Source: an uncultured Acidobacteriota bacterium
GTDB taxonomy: Bacteria > Acidobacteriota > Vicinamibacteria > Vicinamibacterales > CAVVIG01
Reading direction: 5' to 3'
DNA length: 64,000 bases
NCBI GenBank assembly: GCA_963773035.1
Contig: CAVYZX010000004.1
Span: 470,642-534,641 of the forward strand
Numbering within the stretch: the first letter of the stretch is position 1; each line of letters opens with the position of its first letter. A program made the translations under genes and the position numbers. Shown here one piece after another: positions 18,180 through 26,611 of the stretch. The notes below the pieces were generated by a model, which saw nothing but the letters and a program-made list of their open reading frames with translations, was not told where the DNA came from and did no database searches.

Positions 18180-19221
18180 CCCTCGGAAGCAAGACCATGA
18201 CACTTTTCTCCACTTTAACTGGCCGCGGCTCAATTCGGAATATTCGTTCCGCGTTCCGATGAGCGACCTTCTTCAAATCCTCTTCTGGCAGCGGTGCCGT
18301 TCGCATGAATCGAACGGCCTCCATCGTTTCCTGGTACGGGTAGTCGACGGCGAACATGAGGTTGTCGGCGCCGAGCACCGTGTGGCAATACTGCAAAGCC
18401 GGATGGTGATTCATGCCGCTCGTCGTGAAGACGAAGTTGTTCTGAACGTACTCGCTCGGTTTCCGTTTCAGCTTTCCTCGCCACATGTAGTCGATTCGAT
18501 AGAGCCAGTAGGGCAACGCTTCGCCCAGGTGGCCGAGCACGATTTTCAGGTCGGGAAACGCGTCGAAGACACCGTTGACGATCAACCGCATGGCGTGGAT
18601 GCCCGTCTCCACGTGAAAGCCCCAGATGGCGCCGTACAAGTTGTAGCTCCCGTCGAGGATTTGCGACGCGGGGAATGGCGGATTGCGCGGATGAATGTAG
18701 AGCGAAGCGTTGGAAGCGACGGCCGCTTCGAAGATCGGCCAGAACTTCGGATCGTCCAGATATTCGCCGCTCGTATGGGAATTGACGATCAGTCCGTTCA
18801 GCTTCAAGGTGTTGATTGCGCGATCGATCTCTTTCGCCGCCGTCCTGGGATCTTGAGGAGCAAAACTGGCCAGCGCCGCATAGCGATTCGGATGGCTCCT
18901 CACAGCCTCGGCCAGTCGATCGTTGGTGTCCGCGGCCATCGCTGTCGCGGTGTCCGCGTCGAAGAGCTGAACCCCGGGCGAGGTCATCGAGAGCACCTGC
19001 AGATCGATGCCGGCCTCGTCCATGATGCCAATCCGTTCATCGCCCAGGTCGAGAAGGCGACCTAGGACCGTCGAATAGGCCGGGGAAAGGAACCGGCTCC
19101 ACATCACGAGGTCGGCATCGCCGCCAGGGCTCGAGGCCAGCTTGCGTATGGCTTCGACCTGCTCGGGAAACGCGCACGCCTCTTCGGTGGCGATGAGTCG
19201 CAGATTCTTGTCGTGGGTCAC
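18169..19221 (-). CDS. Amidohydrolase_2 family protein (ACMSD/LigW-like decarboxylase or hydrolase)
   Basis: 350 aa with GTG start. LRLIATEEACAFPE, HP, VLGHLGE and FAVDYPY are typical metal-dependent TIM-barrel amidohydrolase_2 landmarks. Confidence 0.7.
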   Translation of the reverse strand: MTHDKNLRLIATEEACAFPEQVEAIRKLASSPGGDADLVMWSRFLSPAYSTVLGRLLDLGDERIGIMDEAGIDLQVLSMTSPGVQLFDADTATAMAADTNDRLAEAVRSHPNRYAALASFAPQDPRTAAKEIDRAINTLKLNGLIVNSHTSGEYLDDPKFWPIFEAAVASNASLYIHPRNPPFPASQILDGSYNLYGAIWGFHVETGIHAMRLIVNGVFDAFPDLKIVLGHLGEALPYWLYRIDYMWRGKLKRKPSEYVQNNFVFTTSGMNHHPALQYCHTVLGADNLMFAVDYPYQETMEAVRFMRTAPLPEEDLKKVAHRNAERIFRIEPRPVKVEKSVMVLLPRVSE

Positions 19222-19236
19222 GAGCGAAGAGACATC

Positions 19237-20397
19237 CTAATTCACGGGCCGCTCGTTGGTGTCGTAGCCTAGACGCAGCATGCCCTGCTTCGCGCCGTTG
19301 ACCGTGCCCTGAGCGAGCCATTCGAGGGATGCCCGGAACAACAGCAGGTGATTCTTCTCCCACATCGCGTTGTGCGACGAGCAACCGAGGTCGACAAATA
19401 CTTTTTCAGGCGAGCCGATATCCGCGTAGAGCTCGTTGACGCGCGCCGGCAGGACCTGTTTGTCGTGCACACCCGCCACCATCAGCGTAGGAGCCTGAGT
19501 TTTGGCGACCATCCCAGCATTCCAGCCCCACGTCGTCGTTTGGGGTGCGCGGCGCACACCAGGACCCCAGGTTGCGCCAACCGGGTCCGATTCGAGCATG
19601 CTCGACCAGACACTATCGAAGACGACTTGATCGTACTGGCCGGGGCACCCCACCTGACGGTTCCAGAGCGCTGTGAGCTCCTGGCGCGACTGCGTGTTCA
19701 TGGCGGAACCGTCGGGGCGTGCTGCAGGTGGATTCTCGGGCGCCGTCCGGTTGTAGGCCGGGGCCAATAGTACGAGCCTCTGCACTTTGTCGGCATGCTG
19801 CGCCGCATAACCACCGGCACGCGGACCCCCAAGCGACCACGCCACCATGTTTACGCGGTCCGCGCGCCGGAGCATTCGAATGTACTCGACGACGGCGTCG
19901 AGGTCGTTCCAATCCGATGCAATCGTGGTCGCCCCCTGCGAGAAAGTTGGCGCGCAAGGCGCGGCGAGCAGCGAAGGAATGAACGCCGCTTGCTGCTCAC
20001 GAGTCAGATTGCAGGGATCGTTCATGACCGTCGGCCGCGTCGATCGGCCGTAGCCGGTCATGTCCATTGAAAACACATCGAAACCTGCGCGCGCGAGATA
20101 GGCCATCCAGCTGTAGTCGCCGGATGGAACGTCGAATGCGACCTCTGCCGGTGTGCCTGCGCCGTGGACGAAGAGCACCACGCCAGATGATCCACGCTGG
20201 ATGTTTCGACTCTCGACCCGTTCTCGAACGTAGATCTGCGCCGTCTGGCCGTTCATCGAGGGCGCGGTGGAGCGCACTCGCACGTAGTGATCGATCGTCA
20301 GGAGCTGATCGCCCGCCGGCAGGTTTGACGATGACGTAGTTGTCGTAGCGGCGCAGCCAATTGACGTCAAGAGCAAACAGGCGACCAGGTATCGCAT
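19237..20397 (-). CDS. Alpha/beta hydrolase lipoprotein
   Basis: True start is ATG 20397 (MRYLVACLLLTSIGCAATT, lipobox). Nucleophile elbow: VAWSLGGPRAG. HGAGTP is also present. Confidence 0.75.
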   Translation of the reverse strand: MRYLVACLLLTSIGCAATTTTSSSNLPAGDQLLTIDHYVRVRSTAPSMNGQTAQIYVRERVESRNIQRGSSGVVLFVHGAGTPAEVAFDVPSGDYSWMAYLARAGFDVFSMDMTGYGRSTRPTVMNDPCNLTREQQAAFIPSLLAAPCAPTFSQGATTIASDWNDLDAVVEYIRMLRRADRVNMVAWSLGGPRAGGYAAQHADKVQRLVLLAPAYNRTAPENPPAARPDGSAMNTQSRQELTALWNRQVGCPGQYDQVVFDSVWSSMLESDPVGATWGPGVRRAPQTTTWGWNAGMVAKTQAPTLMVAGVHDKQVLPARVNELYADIGSPEKVFVDLGCSSHNAMWEKNHLLLFRASLEWLAQGTVNGAKQGMLRLGYDTNERPVN

Positions 20398-20446
20398 GAA
20401 TCGATCTCCAATGATGTGGTCACGATACGCGGTCGGCGTCGGGCCG

Positions 20447-21292
20447 TCAAACGAGCGTGGCGACTGCTTCAACCGCAAGTACCTGCCCGGGTCCCTCGGC
20501 CCACAGCTTGACTGTCCGCTGATCGTCGCGCCGGCCGCAAACGCGAAACGGGTTGGTGTCGAAGAGCGGCGCGACGGCACGAAACGAAAACGCCGAGACG
20601 TTGGCCGCCGGCAAGTTGTTTCGAACTAGATCGGCCAGCATGGTCGCGATCAACGGTCCGTGAACGACCAGACCGGGGTAACCCTGGCCGGTCGTCGTGA
20701 AGTGACGATCGTAGTGGATTCGATGGCCGTTGAACGTCAGCGCGGAATAGCGGAACAACAGGACCTCATCGGGCCGAACCTCACGGGTCCAGCTCGCCGG
20801 CTCCGGAGCGCGACTTGGCTGGGGAACCGACTCTCCTGGCCGCGAATCCTCTCGGTAGACGATGTCCTGGTCCTCAATCAACGCGAGGCCTGTGCCATTG
20901 CTGATGCGGTGGCGCACTTTGACGAAAACCAGCGGACCAGATCGTCCTTCCTTATAGGTCACATCCTCGACGCGTGACAACCTGGACACCGAATCTCCCA
21001 CGCATAGCGAACGATGACTCTCGATCCGACCGCCGGCGTACATCCGACGAGGCAGCGGCACCGGTGGCAGAAATCCTCCCAGGCGGGCGTGTCCGTCTGC
21101 GCCGAGCTCTGATTGGCGATGAATCGGCAAGAAGAACAGCCAGTGCCAGAGAAGCGGCAATGGGTCGCCAGCCTTCGGTCGCGGGTCGTCTCGATCGAGC
21201 GTGGCCGAGAGAGCCGCGACCGGTCCAGGCGACACGACGTCGTCCCGTGACTCGGTCCGCCCAATCCAGCCGCGTAAGCTCTCAATGTTCAC
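20447..21292 (-). CDS. MaoC-like double-hotdog acyl dehydratase/hydratase
   Basis: 281 aa with GTG start. The C-terminal segment SALTFNGHRIHYDRHFTTTGQGYPGLVVHGPLIATMLADL is MaoC-type. Confidence 0.75.
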   Translation of the reverse strand: MNIESLRGWIGRTESRDDVVSPGPVAALSATLDRDDPRPKAGDPLPLLWHWLFFLPIHRQSELGADGHARLGGFLPPVPLPRRMYAGGRIESHRSLCVGDSVSRLSRVEDVTYKEGRSGPLVFVKVRHRISNGTGLALIEDQDIVYREDSRPGESVPQPSRAPEPASWTREVRPDEVLLFRYSALTFNGHRIHYDRHFTTTGQGYPGLVVHGPLIATMLADLVRNNLPAANVSAFSFRAVAPLFDTNPFRVCGRRDDQRTVKLWAEGPGQVLAVEAVATLV

Positions 21293-21356
21293 GAGGTGTT
21301 TGTTCTGCTGCGTCTTTTCTAGGACAATGGATGGGTTGCACGGATGAGAGCTGAAT

Positions 21357-21608
21357 ATGCCTCTATACGATTATTCTTGCCGATCCTGTGGTCATGAATT
21401 CGAAGCCCTCGTTCGTACCGGGAGTGTCCCGACGTGCCCGGCGTGTCAGAGCGGGGATCTCGAGAAGCTGCTCTCGACGTTTACGATGGGCTCGCTCGAT
21501 CACACCAAAGAGCTCGTCAAAGCCGAGCGCAAGAAGCGCCTGCCGAAGCATCGAGCCGAACAGAACGAGGAGTATCAGCACACGCTTCGAGAGCACCTGG
21601 ACCACTAG
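21357..21608 (+). CDS. FmdB-family zinc-ribbon protein
   Basis: MPLYDYSCRSCGHEFEALV...CPACQSGDLEKLLSTF is the canonical FmdB CxxC...CxxC N-terminus. Confidence 0.85.
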   Translation: MPLYDYSCRSCGHEFEALVRTGSVPTCPACQSGDLEKLLSTFTMGSLDHTKELVKAERKKRLPKHRAEQNEEYQHTLREHLDH

Positions 21609-21633
21609 CCCCTCCTGCCCTTCCAGCCTCTAT

Positions 21634-23097
21634 CTATGCGGCCGGGACCGTCGGCTTCGCCTTGATCGTCTTGACCATCTGCGAGTAGGGCTCGATCGTG
21701 CCGTGGACTGGCACGTCCTTGTCGACCTTCAACTTGCGCTGCGCGATGTTCCACAGAACGTTCTCTCCCCACAGGTGCTGCTGCCAGGCCGAATCGTAGA
21801 GATCGGCCTGAACGAGCATGCGATCTCGCGGCACGTAGGCGAAGAGATTCGTCCCCTCTCGAGGATTGTCGATCAGGTGGTAGAGCCGCACCTCCATCGA
21901 CTTGTCCTTCAGCGTCATCTCATCATCCACGAGCACGAGCTTCAGAGGTTGCGGGTTCTTCGCCAGCGCGTCCTGGACGATGGTGTGTTTTCGAGCGACA
22001 AGATCCTTGAAGAAGGCCTCGTTGTCGCGGTACGTGATGATCGTCAGACCTTCGGCCACAGCGACGCGCAGCCCGCCCGAGTGGTCGAAGTGGTGATGCG
22101 ACACGATCGCGTGAGTCAGCGGCTTCTGGCTGAGCGTCCGCGCCTTGTCGATGACCGGTTTCGACCGGGCCTCGTTCAGCGGGACCTCGAAGAGCGTCAG
22201 GTGATCGTCGAACTCGAACACGATGCTCCGATGGTTGCCGGAACCCGCAAGCCACCAGATGCCCTTGGCGACCTGCTCCGCTGTGACATTCACGGGCGGT
22301 GGAGCTGGAGCCGCCGCCGTTTTCACGCCTTCTGGCGCGGCCAGGTCGCCGGCCTCGGCGTCCACGGTGTTCTTCGACACCTGCAGATCGAACTGCAGGT
22401 ACTTGTCCATGTTGGTCGTGAGCCGCTTCGGCAGCTTCAAACCGCCAACGTCTTCGTAACCTGAGAACGTCGTGACGATCGCCACGTCGCCCATGTTCGG
22501 GTTGTAGCTCATCGACCTGACGCTCGAAGGTAACTTGGTGGAGGTGTCGACGCCGAGCGTCAGCACGTCGCCCTTAGCGGTCGTCACGTCGACGAGCTGC
22601 TCGTTACCTTGTTGCCGGACGTTGGTCAGCATCGACGAAGGATCGAGCGCAGCCAGCACGATCGGAATAGGATGATGAAGCACCTCCATCCGTCGTTCGG
22701 CCGCAGCCTGCTCGCCGGCCCTCGTCATGTTCCCATCCGCGCCAACGTTGTAAGCGACGTCGCCATCGAGACCCTGCTGTTGTCGTTGGACGGTGGCGCC
22801 GGCGAACATGAACTGAGCGGTTCGCACTTGTTGCACCCGTGTGCGTCCGTTCGCCAAATCGATGGTGCGCTTGAACTCGGTCACCTTCCATACCGGCAGT
22901 TCGCTGTCCGGCATTTTGTTCTGTCCGGCATTTGGTGCGACGGCTTCCCCTTCAATGACAAGCGTCTTGGCCGCCCGGATTCGATCGGCTCCGCCGAGAG
23001 CCGTCGCAACGTCCTGGATGAACTTCGTCTCGGGCGGCACTTGCGCGCAGGCGGCCACGACAATCGAAGCGGCCACGATTGAGATGTGTTTTTCCAT
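21634..23097 (-). CDS. Exported MBL-fold metallo-hydrolase with an N-terminal accessory domain
   Basis: True start is ATG 23097 (MEKHISIVAASIVVAACAQ). Metal motif: AIVSHHHFDHSGG. The track extension to 23217 is a translation of the heptamer array. Confidence 0.8.
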   Translation of the reverse strand: MEKHISIVAASIVVAACAQVPPETKFIQDVATALGGADRIRAAKTLVIEGEAVAPNAGQNKMPDSELPVWKVTEFKRTIDLANGRTRVQQVRTAQFMFAGATVQRQQQGLDGDVAYNVGADGNMTRAGEQAAAERRMEVLHHPIPIVLAALDPSSMLTNVRQQGNEQLVDVTTAKGDVLTLGVDTSTKLPSSVRSMSYNPNMGDVAIVTTFSGYEDVGGLKLPKRLTTNMDKYLQFDLQVSKNTVDAEAGDLAAPEGVKTAAAPAPPPVNVTAEQVAKGIWWLAGSGNHRSIVFEFDDHLTLFEVPLNEARSKPVIDKARTLSQKPLTHAIVSHHHFDHSGGLRVAVAEGLTIITYRDNEAFFKDLVARKHTIVQDALAKNPQPLKLVLVDDEMTLKDKSMEVRLYHLIDNPREGTNLFAYVPRDRMLVQADLYDSAWQQHLWGENVLWNIAQRKLKVDKDVPVHGTIEPYSQMVKTIKAKPTVPAA

Positions 23098-23111
23098 AGG
23101 CGACAGTATAC

Positions 23112-23227
23112 GGCTGGGGGCTGGGGGCTGGGGGCTGGAGGCTGGAGGCTTGGGACTGAAGGCTCCGAGCTGGAAGCTGGGAGCTGGAAGCTGGGAGCTG
23201 GCATCTGGAAGCCGCAAGTTGGAAGCT
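23112..23227. repeat. Tandem heptamer array of about 16 units (GGCTGGG/GGCTGGA drifting to AGCTGGR) that fills the whole intergenic gap
   Basis: Reads GGCTGGG x3, GGCTGGA x2, GGCTTGG, GACTGAA, GGCTCCG, AGCTGGA, AGCTGGG, AGCTGGA, AGCTGGG, AGCTGGC, ATCTGGA and so on. It runs from 15 nt past the MBL start to the kinase stop. Confidence 0.9.
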
Positions 23228-25968
23228 ACCGGCTCGCCATCCGTTTCTTCACATCTTCGAACCAGTTGATTACCACATTAATTCTTGCCACGGCGGGCGC
23301 TCCGGACTGGGCCTGTTCGGCACTGATGACGGCAATGAGCGTCTTTCCGTCTGGCAGGACATCAATGTTTCTGTTCGTCGTCGGGCCACCCTCTTGGGAG
23401 CCACCCCTAGGAATCGAAACCGGGTTACCGGTCGCGAAGCTCGGCTGCGTGGTGACGCGAACTGCCGCGAAATCGTTCGGTCCGGGCACGTAAAAGAGTT
23501 CTTTCCCGTCACGCGACCAGAAGGGATGATGAGGCGTCGCAGTCCCACGCCTCGCCACCTGATATCGGCTTCCGGTCGGCGGGAATGGCTCCACCAGAAC
23601 ACCCGCCGTTGCCGCGTCCTCGGACTGATACGCAAGCCATCGTCCATCAGGAGAGAAAGCGGACCGGCCGATATTTGTTGAGCCTTGGGCGAAGGCAGTC
23701 GTTTTCTTGTCGTTAACAGACAAGATCCAAATGGCGCCACCGACGGCCCCCCTGATCGCGGTGTAAGAAAGGTGCTGGCCGTCCGGAGACCACGAATCCG
23801 GAACGTGGATGACGCCCTTCTCTTCCGGCTTGGTGAGTCGTTCCGCGCTGCCGCCGTCGACCGGCTGCCAGAAGATGCCGAGATCGCCCTCACGATTCGA
23901 TTGGAACGCCACACGCCTGCCATCGGCCGACCAGATCGGATACGTATTGGATCCTCCGAACGTCAGTCGCTGGGGCGCCGTTTGACGACAACTCGTACAG
24001 ATAGACGTTTGCCTCTCTGCCGTACTCTGCGGCATACGCTACACGGCGACCATCCGGAGACATCCTGGGGAACGCATACCGTCCGGGCGGCAGGCCAAGA
24101 GGCCTTGCGCTGCCTGCTCGATCGATCAGCGCGAGAGCGGTCTGAGGAGACACCGACGCGGATGCCGGACCGGCGACATAGATCAAGGATCCCGTGGCGG
24201 AAAAGCTGAAATAGGCGGACGTTGCCGCGTTCAAATTGCCTAGCAGAAATCGAGCCGGTCGCATGACGCCTTGCACAAGCGAGACAGCGCCGCCGGTAAC
24301 CTCCAGGCTTGCCAGATCGAACCGACGCGCGAACAGCGTGCCGCCCACGGCATATACCAGATGGCCTGTCGGCACGTAGCGGGCGTCGTCGCCCCCCCGA
24401 ACCAGCGTCTTGCGCTCGCCCGACGTCAGCGTCTGCACCACAATCTCGGCCGTGTCCGGATCGACGGCTCTCGATAGCGTGAATAGGACAGCGCGTCCCC
24501 CAGGCAGCATTCTTGGCGTGCCTGCCATCTCTTCGGGCTCGATCTTGACCAGCACCTCCGGCTCTCCGCCATTTGCGGACACACGAACGATGCCAGCTGC
24601 CCTCTGGCCAATCAAAATCGACCCTTCATCCCACGACATGCCAAGTGGAAAGTCGATACCTCCACAGAGCACCACCGAAGCGCCTCCGGTGACGTCAATT
24701 TTTCTAAGCGTTCGATCCTGCTGCGACCAGAAGACGACGGAACGCCCATCCGGTGAAAAAACGGGAAAGCGCGGCGTGCCTCCAGGAGTGCTGACTCCCG
24801 GAATGGGCCTGGCCTCCAGTTCCGAGAGCGAGCGCAGGTAAAGTTGCAGGTTGGATGCGTAGACGATCTGTGAGCCATCCGGAGAAATCGTAACCGGCTG
24901 GCCTATCGTGAACGCAGTTCCTTCGTCATTGAGGAGAGAGAATTGCGTCACCGGTCGCGTGACGTCCGGTCTGAGATTCCAGACGGCCAAGCCTGTGATT
25001 GCGGCCGCCAGGACCGCGACTCCCGCAAGAGGCGCGACTGGTTTCCAGAGCGGCCGCGATGTGTGGAGACGCTCGTCTTCAGCAAGCAGGCCACGCGGAT
25101 CGGCAACGATCGTCTCGATTTCCACGCGCAAGTCGACCGCCGCGTGCCACCGTGCCTTGGGATTTTTGGCGAGGCATCGGCGTACCAACTCCGAAATTCT
25201 TGGATTCAGCTTCGCCGGAAACAGACTGAAGTCCGGCTCGCTTTTCAGAACCGACGCGAGCACGTCGGACACGCTGTCACCATCGAAGGCCTGGCGCCCG
25301 GCGATCATTTCGTACAACACGGCACCGAACGAGAAGATGTCGCTCCGATGATCCGCGTTGAAGCCTTTTGCCTGTTCCGGCGACATGTAAGCCGCCGTGC
25401 CGAGGATCATGCCAACCTGGGTTCCGGCAATGGTCAGCGTTGGTGACTGGGATAGATTCGAGCCGGCCTGACCGGCCCCTACCGGATCCGCAAGCTTCGC
25501 CAGGCCGAAATCCAACACCTTGACCGTGCCATTTGGTCGCAGCTTGATATTCGCCGGCTTGAGATCGCGGTGAGCGACACCTTTCTCGTGCGCCGCTTCG
25601 AGCGCTTCAGCGATCTGCTTCGCAATGTCGAGCGCTTGATCGAGCGGAATGCGTCCCCGTTGGAGCCTTTCGGCCAAGGTTTCCCCTTCGACCAACTCGA
25701 GCACGAGAAACTTCCGGGCGGCCGATTCTTCGAGGCCATAGATCGCTGCGATGTTGGGATGGTTCAATGCCGCGACGACTTGCGCTTCTCGATGAAACCG
25801 GGCGACCCGTTCAGCGTCGTTGGCAAAGAGGTCTGGAAGGACCTTGATGGCGACCTCGCGCTTCAACTTTCCGTCGCGAGCGCGATAGACCTCGCCCATG
25901 CCGCCGGCACCAATCGGCGCGAGGATTTCGTATGTGCCAAGCGGAGTACCCGGAGCGAGCGATGGCAT
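23226..25968 (-). pseudogene. Ser/Thr protein kinase - TM - TolB-like (PD40) beta-propeller, interrupted by one frameshift
   Basis: The kinase N-terminus (YEILAPIGAGGMGEVYRARD...HRDLKPANI...DFGLAK) and repeated SPDG..v.y blades run in ORF 23890-25968. They continue in ORF 23226-24035 (TFGGSNTYPIWSADGRRVAFQS...NWFEDVKKR). The frames join at GGCGCCCCAGCG (plus-strand G-run 23972-23975), where removing one base restores ...SSNGAQRLTFGG. Confidence 0.85.
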
Positions 25969-25988
25969 TTCGCAGGTAATCTAGCGTA

Positions 25989-26046
25989 GCTGGAGGCTGG
26001 AGGCTGGAGGCTAGAGGCTGGAGGCTAGAGGCTTGAGGCTGGAGGC
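25989..26046. repeat. Tandem heptamer array (GCTGGAG/GCTAGAG) of about 8 units; left arm flanking the four-helix-bundle gene
   Basis: Reads GCTGGAG x3, GCTAGAG, GCTGGAG, GCTAGAG, GCTTGAG, GCTGGAG. Confidence 0.9.
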
Positions 26047-26165
26047 AAGAATTGGAACAGTCGCGGAAAAGACCGTTGCCGCCATTTCAACGTCTCTTGA
26101 GTTCTCGATGATTTCTTTGCGCGTCGAAGCGGCACGAGTTCTGCTCCGCTCTGAGCGCCTCACCA

Positions 26166-26528
26166 ATGTTTACTTATCGAGAGCTTGAAGTCTGGAAACT
26201 GTCCATGGATCTGGTCGAGCAATGTTATCGAACGACGACATCCTTTCCCAGGTCCGAAATGTACGGGCTCTCCAGCCAGCTCCGGCGCGCGGCGATTTCA
26301 ATTCCTTTGAACATCGCAGAAGGGTATTGCCGTCGCACCACCAAGTCGTACATTCATCATGTGAGCATTGCCCTTGGCTCGCACGGTGAGCTGGAGACAT
26401 GTATTGAACTTGCCGGCCGTCTTGGATTTCTGTCAGCAGAGCAGAAGCAGGGACTTGCCGACGCGACAGGGACAGTCGGACGATTGCTGAACGGTCTCCA
26501 TCGCGCCCTCCAGAGCAAGCTCAAGTAG
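26166..26528 (+). CDS. Four-helix-bundle protein (23S rRNA intervening-sequence protein family)
   Basis: YRELEVWKLSMDLVEQCYRTTTSFPRSEMYGLSSQLRRAAISIPLNIAEGYCRRTTKSYIHHVSIALGSHGELETCIELA is the classic signature of this family. Confidence 0.9.
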   Translation: MFTYRELEVWKLSMDLVEQCYRTTTSFPRSEMYGLSSQLRRAAISIPLNIAEGYCRRTTKSYIHHVSIALGSHGELETCIELAGRLGFLSAEQKQGLADATGTVGRLLNGLHRALQSKLK

Positions 26529-26592
26529 CCCCCCAGCCTCCAGCCTCCCGCCCCCAGCCCCCAGCCCCCAGCCCCCAGCGCCCCAGCCCCAG
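26529..26592. repeat. Tandem heptamer array (CCCCAGC/CTCCAGC) of about 9 units; right arm, inverted relative to 25989-26046
   Basis: Starts at the base after the TAG stop. Contains CAGCCTCCAGCCTCC, the exact complement of GGAGGCTGGAGGCTG in the left arm. The minus strand has many G4-G6 runs. Confidence 0.9.
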
Positions 26593-26611
26593 AGAGTTAC
26601 AATCGCGCCCA

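Noticed and set aside
21388-22464. 358-aa plus-strand ORF
   Set aside because: It overlaps FmdB out of frame and is antisense to the MBL hydrolase. No motifs are present.
23086-23493. ORFs translating the heptamer array (GWGLGAGGWRLG...), plus the N-terminal extension of the MBL ORF to 23217
   Set aside because: These are repeat-derived low-complexity translations. The MBL gene has a proper signal peptide starting at ATG 23097.
25989-26592. The heptamer and nonamer arrays considered as CRISPR arrays
   Set aside because: The period is only 7-9 bp, there are no unique spacers of 25-40 bp, and no cas genes are present. These are simple tandem arrays.
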